This document shows, piece after piece, positions 57,872 through 64,000 of a stretch of 64,000 nt of DNA; the stretch's first letter is position 1; every line of letters starts with the position of its first letter. Under the pieces are notes generated by a model. That model saw nothing but the letters and a program-made list of their open reading frames with translations. It did no database searches and was not told the DNA's origin. The stretch lies in the NCBI RefSeq assembly GCF_009914755.1, contig NC_060929.1; one strand, given 5' to 3'. The translations under genes and the position numbers were made by a program. Source of the DNA: the human T2T-CHM13v2.0 reference genome, Homo sapiens.

Positions 57872-57996
57872 TTTTCATTTTTTAATGGGAGATCTGGATT
57901 TTATTATTACTCAAATCAGCCTCCTCAAGCATTCGGGGATCAGAGTTTTTAGGGATAATTTGGTGGGTGGAGGGCCAGTGAGTCGGGAGAGCTGCT
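57872..57996 (-). mobile_element. Short ERV1 LTR (LTR8-like) fragment with A-rich tail
   Basis: TTATTATTACTCAAATCAG...CATTCGGGGATCAGAGTTTTT resembles LTR8; ends about 14 nt after AATAAA on the minus strand. Confidence 0.65.
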
Positions 57997-59574
57997 AATA
58001 TTTTTCTTGACTTCAGGGACAGTTCCTTGTCCTCATTTCCCTCCATATAGTCCTATACTGCTTGGGAAAGCCCAGGTGTGCACAAGCATACTAGCATGGG
58101 TGCACACATACATGTACATACACAGGGGTACACATACATATACCAATACTTTCATTTGCATTAGAAATGAAAGTCATTATTTTTCCACTGTCTGCTTTTT
58201 ACCCTGAAGAAAGTAGATAGCTTGAATTGTGTTGTTGTTGTTTTTTTTTCAATGAAACCCCATGATTATGAAAGAGCGTAGGACCAGAGAATGATTAAAG
58301 CCATACTTCTCTTCATCAAACAAATACTTACAGGCTTGCCTACTACATACAGGCCAACATTTCCACAGTCTGAGTTTTCTTCATGGGTTCATCTGGACTC
58401 AGCGATCATGTTAGTGTATTCCTTCAACTCTGACATCAGAGTTTTAATGTTAATAGCATTTCTCAAGGATAAGTAGTTGGGACCTGGGCACAACTGAGAA
58501 GGATGTGTCTGGAGCTGCCATGCCCAAACACAGACACAAGGATGTCTGGGCTGAGAAGGATCCTGTGCTCTACCAGTTAAGCCCAGGAAACTCATGTCAG
58601 ATAGGCAATGTGACTCATCTAAAGACATATAACAAGTAATAAACAAAGATTAGAAACAGGGAACATGAAAAACAGGCATACTGGATAAATTAAGAGGCAC
58701 TAAAGCTAAAGGAAAATATGAATGGGCTAGCTGTTCCCAGGAGCAGCCAGGACTTAATGGTGACTCCTACCAGTTGTGGGTGTATCCTGTGTGCATTTTC
58801 CTTTCCTTAGATGGCTCGGCTGTGATTCCTATCCCAGAGAATCCCCTTCTGGTAGTTCATTATCTTTTGGGGGAGATCATTCATTGTTCCAAAATACAAT
58901 CCTTGATTTTCCATTATTTCCAGTTCCTGTACAAAGTGTCTGGATCAAAGCTTCATCTTTGGCCTTAAGTCTCATGTGCCATCCAAGTAATAATCTACTA
59001 GTGCTTCTGGAGTTTAACTCTGGAGAGGACTTAGCTTGTCTCTGTGATAGATGTGACTGATGGAATGATAAAGCCAAACCACATTCAGTGACGCTCAAGG
59101 GTGTGGCATGAGCAGTCCCTTGGATTATCCTATCTGATGGGCACACCCTTTAAAGTAGATGTTACGTTTCATTGCAGGGGGGAGGAAATCAAAGCTGTTT
59201 CCTCCTTCTTAACTGTTGATCTTTGTTCATATTGTCAATTAATTTTAAAATAGGAATCTAAGCCATTCCCTCCTACTTTTTTGGATAAGGAATTTCGTTT
59301 GAAATTATTCTGTTCTTATTTCCTGGCACGAGCACTGCCATCCTGACATGCCACCCACCTTCTCCTCTGGCTTGAACCCTTCTCTCTCACACCCTTCCTT
59401 CCCTGGGACTGGGTACCAACCTAACCATAGCTAGCTAACCATAACATAGCTAACCCTAACTCAGCTACTTGTCACCTTCTTGACACCTTCTACTTGGCGA
59501 CACTCACTGATCAGACTGTACTTACAAATCCTTCCATCCCCTTTGTCCTACTTCCCTCTTTAAGAAAAACGCAT

Positions 59575-59790
59575 GGACATACATACGGGAACAGACACTG
59601 GGAACTAATAGAAGGGGCGGGGAGGCAGGAGGGTGTGGGCTGAAAAACTACCTATTGGGTACTATGTTCAGTACTGGGGTAATCATCCATACCTCAGCCG
59701 TACCTCAAACCTTAGCATCACACAAAGTACCCATTTAACAAACCGGCACACGTACCCCCGAATCTAAAATAAAAGCTGAATTTCTTTTTA
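59575..59790 (+). mobile_element. L1PB-like 3' end
   Basis: GAAAAACTACCTATTGGGTACTATG...AATCTAAAATAAAAG; TSD AAGAAAAACGCAT/AAGAAAAACACAT. Confidence 0.85.
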
Positions 59791-60092
59791 AAGAAAAACA
59801 CATAAAAATATCAAACTCAGACTGAAAAACTGGCCTTTTGCTTCTTTTTACAGGTTTTTTCTTGGCATCAGAAAATCTGCATTTGTTTGTACCATTGCAG
59901 AAGAAGCCAGAAACGAAGCCAGCATTTCTCTGCTTCCTACGCTCACCTCCCCACAGGAGTCTTCCCTTCCCTCCCTTCTCATGCCTGCCATTTCCGCTCT
60001 CTGGATAGACTAAATAGGGCTGGCTTGGAAACCGTGAGTCAGCTTCCTACAACCATCTCAGAGGCAAGGCATTGCTTTTGTCCTGCCATCTT

Positions 60093-60151
60093 TGTGTGTG
60101 TGTGTGTGTTGTGTGTTGTGTGTGTGTTGTGTGTGTGTGTTGTGTGTGTGT
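60093..60151. repeat. Interrupted (TG)n microsatellite
   Basis: Directly visible. Confidence 0.95.
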
Positions 60152-60681
60152 ATTAAATGCTGCATTTTATTTTGTTTTGTTTTCATTTTCCTTTTTTGGC
60201 TAGAGACTTGCTTTCCAACCTCAAAGTTTTTCCTGATAAAAAAATTTATAAGACTCTTTTGTGTTTAACAAGTGACATCTGCCTGTCCTGGGAAAAGGAA
60301 AGCAGCTCTGTCATGAGAGTGGAGATCGTGAGCCCTGGGACAGACTGAGGCGGCATTTTATCTGACATCTTCAATTCCCAGAGGAGAAGAATAAGGGATA
60401 GAGTGGTTGATGGAATTGCTAAAGTCCCACGGACAATAGTGACAGAGATGGAACGAGAGTGCAGATCTCCTGACCTCTACTCTGTGGAGATCTCCTTGCT
60501 GCCATGTCATTTCACAAACTAGCCCTGAGTTTGAAATTGTGTGTGAGTCTCCAAAGAGATGCCTGTTAGTATGGTACGCAGTTGCATTTGGCCACTTTGG
60601 GGCTCTCTCGTTTTGTTGTGTCCTGTGTGGTTCATGGTTAGGTGGAGGTCACAGGACCCTGGAGGATCCCTGACATCTTCA

Positions 60682-60781
60682 AGACATGCACACGACAGGG
60701 GGTCTCCCTGTATTTTCAGGAAGACGATGGCTTCTCCATATTCCTGAAAATACAGGGAGAGACCCTGGCGTGTGCATGTCT
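60682..60781. repeat. Near-perfect 100-nt hairpin (41-bp arms)
   Basis: 60682-60722 pairs with 60741-60781 at 38/41 positions; 18-nt loop. Confidence 0.97.
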
Positions 60782-61202
60782 ATTTTTCTTGCTCATCCAA
60801 TCTGGCAGCTCTAGACAGAACCATATAACTTGTGAGGTCTGCTTTTCATGCCCACCTCCCCCTTGGGAGTGCCAGTTTCCAGCTCTTCATCCTCTCTTTC
60901 TCCTAAGGTGTTCAGGATCTATATCTTGTCTCTTGGTTTCTCAGATTCCATCTTTCTTCCTGTCCCACCAAGCACTCCACCTAGACTGCCCTATATTCTT
61001 TTAAAATTAATTCATATTTTCTTTTGAACCCAAATAGACTTTCCTATGATTAAAAACATAAGCAGTGAAAAATAACACAATGCTAATTTTCCCCCATTCA
61101 CCTCAGACACTCCAGCGCTCTTCCCACACTCATTAACACATTTGCACTGCCTAAATTTGCTGGATTCACTTTTCTCCTTGTAGCACATGAAGCTCTAAGC
61201 CC

Positions 61203-61506
<304 letters not shown>

Positions 61507-62244
61507 AAAGCCCACTTTTTTTTTTAAACAGATGTAGAGTGATTTATTGCATTCCACAATTTATTTTACCAGTCTCTTCTCCAATGATGGCTACCTTTAT
61601 TGCTTTCAGGGGTTTGCTATTACTAACAATCTATATCCTAGATTCTGAAAATTTTTCCTTCCCAAATTACTATTAAACTCATGTATTATTCTACTTGCTG
61701 TAGACCCTGGAGCTGCTGTCCTAAGTGACAGCTAAATGAGCTAATAAATGAGTCCCCACTGTGTTAACAGGCACAGTATTCATGAGCCCTTCCTTCCCCT
61801 TCAGGAAACATATGTCTATTTTAAGAGGGACCACCTGGATAAAAGTTCTTAAAACATTTCTCCCCCATGATTTTTGGAATAGAAGGGCTATAAGTCATAA
61901 ATGAGTCATAGTTTTAACCCATGGGAGTATTTCAAACGACAGAAATTTCATGAAGATATTTGTAAAATACTTCATTAAGTGTGATATTTGGGGGCAGATT
62001 GGCTTTGTTGTAAACACATAGAGCTTCATCCAAAACACATAATGCAGGGTGGCAATCTAGAGGGCTTATCCCAGGTGAGATGTGTAGTCCTAGCTTTAGC
62101 CCTGAGCCTCAGCTTGGCTGACGCTGGCAGAGAAGATACAGCACAGAAGCCACATCCTGCAAACCACATCTCCTCCCTGTGGAGATGCAGCTGCCCATAT
62201 CAAAATCAGGAGGGAGCATCAAGTTAAAAAGGCTGTGAGCACTA

Positions 62245-63305
62245 CCTCGCATCATACATAAAAATCTATTGCAGATCTAAATGTAGAAGGTAAGCAATAA
62301 AGCTTTTCAAAGAAAAAATGGAATAATGTCTTTGTGACCTGGGGCAAGTTGCTAGCCATAAATGAAAAAAATCGATCAATCATACTACATTAAAACTAGG
62401 GTTTCTGTTCATTAAAAGTCGTCAGGAGAGTTAAAAGCCAAGACAGAGTGAAGAAAATATTACCAATATATTCAACTACAACAGAAAAACTCCTCTAAAT
62501 TGTATCCTGAATATATGAAGAATTTCCACAAATCAATGAGAAATAAGTAGAAAACCCAATAGAAAAATGGGCAAAAAACATGAATAGGCACTTCACAAAA
62601 TAGGATATACAACAACCAATAAAGAAGTGAAAAGGTGCTTGACTTGTTTTCAAGGAAACACAAGTTAAAACCACAATGTGGTATTATTAACATGCAACAA
62701 AATGGCTAAAATGAAAAGGACAAACAACATCAAGTGTTGGTATGATTTTTGAATGACTAGAACTCTCATATACTTTGATGGGAGTGTATATGAATATAGC
62801 CACTTTGGAAAACTGTTTGACAATACCTTCCAAACCTAAACATATGCCTATCATATAACCTCATAATTCTGCTCACAGGTATACACAGCAGATACACATA
62901 CATATGTCTGCCACAGACACATACAAGAATGATCACAGCAACATCTTCGGTTGTAGTTCCAAACTAGAAACAACCCAAATGTCTATCAGGAGTAAAATGG
63001 ATAAACAAATTATGATACATTTCTATAATGGAATACTACACAGCAATGAACATGAATAACCACACAACTTGGATGAATTTTTTCAAACATAATGTTGAGT
63101 AAAAGAGGAATAAGTGATTACATTACTGCATGATTCCATCTATATAAAGTTCAAAACCAGGCCAAAATAATCTAGGTGCTAGAAATCAGGAAAATGGTTA
63201 CCTATTTGGTTGTAGGGTAGGTTACAGTTAGTGGGAAGAATGAAAGGCTTTTGGGGTGCTGGTATTGTTTTATTTCTTGATCTGGGGGTTTATTACACGT
63301 TTGCT
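62245..63305 (+). mobile_element. Old L1ME-like ORF2 end and 3'UTR
   Basis: CCAATAGAAAAATGGGCAAAAAACATGAATAGGCACTTCAC, AACAACCCAAATGTCTATCAG, ATGATTCCATCTATATAAAGTTCAAAA. Confidence 0.85.
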
Positions 63306-63769
63306 TTGTCAGTGCAGTCCATTGATTACATACTTAATTATAATCAAGTATAAGCAAGGAGGACATAATGCATAGCAGATGGCTATGCATTATACAGTAT
63401 CTTATTATATATGTTATCATTTGTAATACAGGGTCTTTGTCACTCAACCCAATAGCACATTATTTGCACTCTTATTTAGGGCTTCCTTTGTTCTGCTTTA
63501 TGGAACAATTGACAGTGCAACTGTCTTCGTCTCCCAACAAATTTGTAGTCTTCTTGAGTGCAAAAAATATTGTTGCATTTTCTCTAATATATTATTTCTG
63601 TTCTTAGCACAGAGACTTACACATAATGGGATTCAGTCTCAATGTTTGTTTTACATTGGTGTAGGGAGAGTGTTTACTTATTTTTACTGATCTACTTTTA
63701 TTTGTGTGTTTTAATTAAAGGTAAATGGGAGGTTAGAATTCTCATCCCTCATCCTTCTTCAAAAATACA

Positions 63770-63945
63770 CACTTCTAGAGAGGAAGCATGAAGAGGGCTT
63801 TGTGGGGGTGCTGGTCATATCCTATTCCTTGATCTGGGCAGTAGTTAATAAAGTTATACAAGTGTGCTCACTTTGCTATAATTCATCAATTGGTACACTT
63901 ACTATTTGATACTTTTGTATGTTGCATCTTGATTAAAATGTAACA
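63770..63945 (+). mobile_element. L1ME-like 3' end fragment
   Basis: GAGGGCTTTGTGGGGGTGCTGGTCATATCCTATTCCTTGATCTGGG. Confidence 0.7.
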
Positions 63946-64000
63946 TATAAATATATGTATATTTATATTTCTAGTTTGATAAGACACTACGTTGGTGAGA

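Noticed and set aside
59418-59465. Telomere-like CTAACC repeats
   Set aside because: Too short and degenerate to call interstitial telomeric sequence

Overview
Primate (human-like) repeat-rich non-coding DNA, intergenic or intronic; I found no intact protein-coding gene. The long ORFs in the track come from L1 ORF2, THE1 internal sequence or Alu, and most others look like chance ORFs. Recognisable content: 14 Alus, a 5'-truncated L1PA with a nested AluY, older L1/L2/MIR fragments, a complete THE1 (MaLR) provirus and a solo THE1 LTR, several MLT1 LTRs, a degenerate ERVL-class gag-pol region, a near full-length Hsmar2 mariner and several hAT elements. Features the ORF track misses: an old processed PRDX4 pseudogene nested in the ERVL (about 6570-7320); a near-perfect 100-nt hairpin (60682-60781); an 89-bp inverted duplication (20728-21201); a poly(A)-tailed LTR fragment that looks retroposed; and two THE1 LTRs each pointing at exon-like cassettes, one with an intact DUX4 motif and splice donor, suggesting LTR-driven spliced lncRNAs. 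Repeat subfamily names are from memory of consensus sequences and need RepeatMasker/Dfam confirmation; boundaries of old repeats are approximate. Whether any of this is undescribed cannot be judged without database searches.
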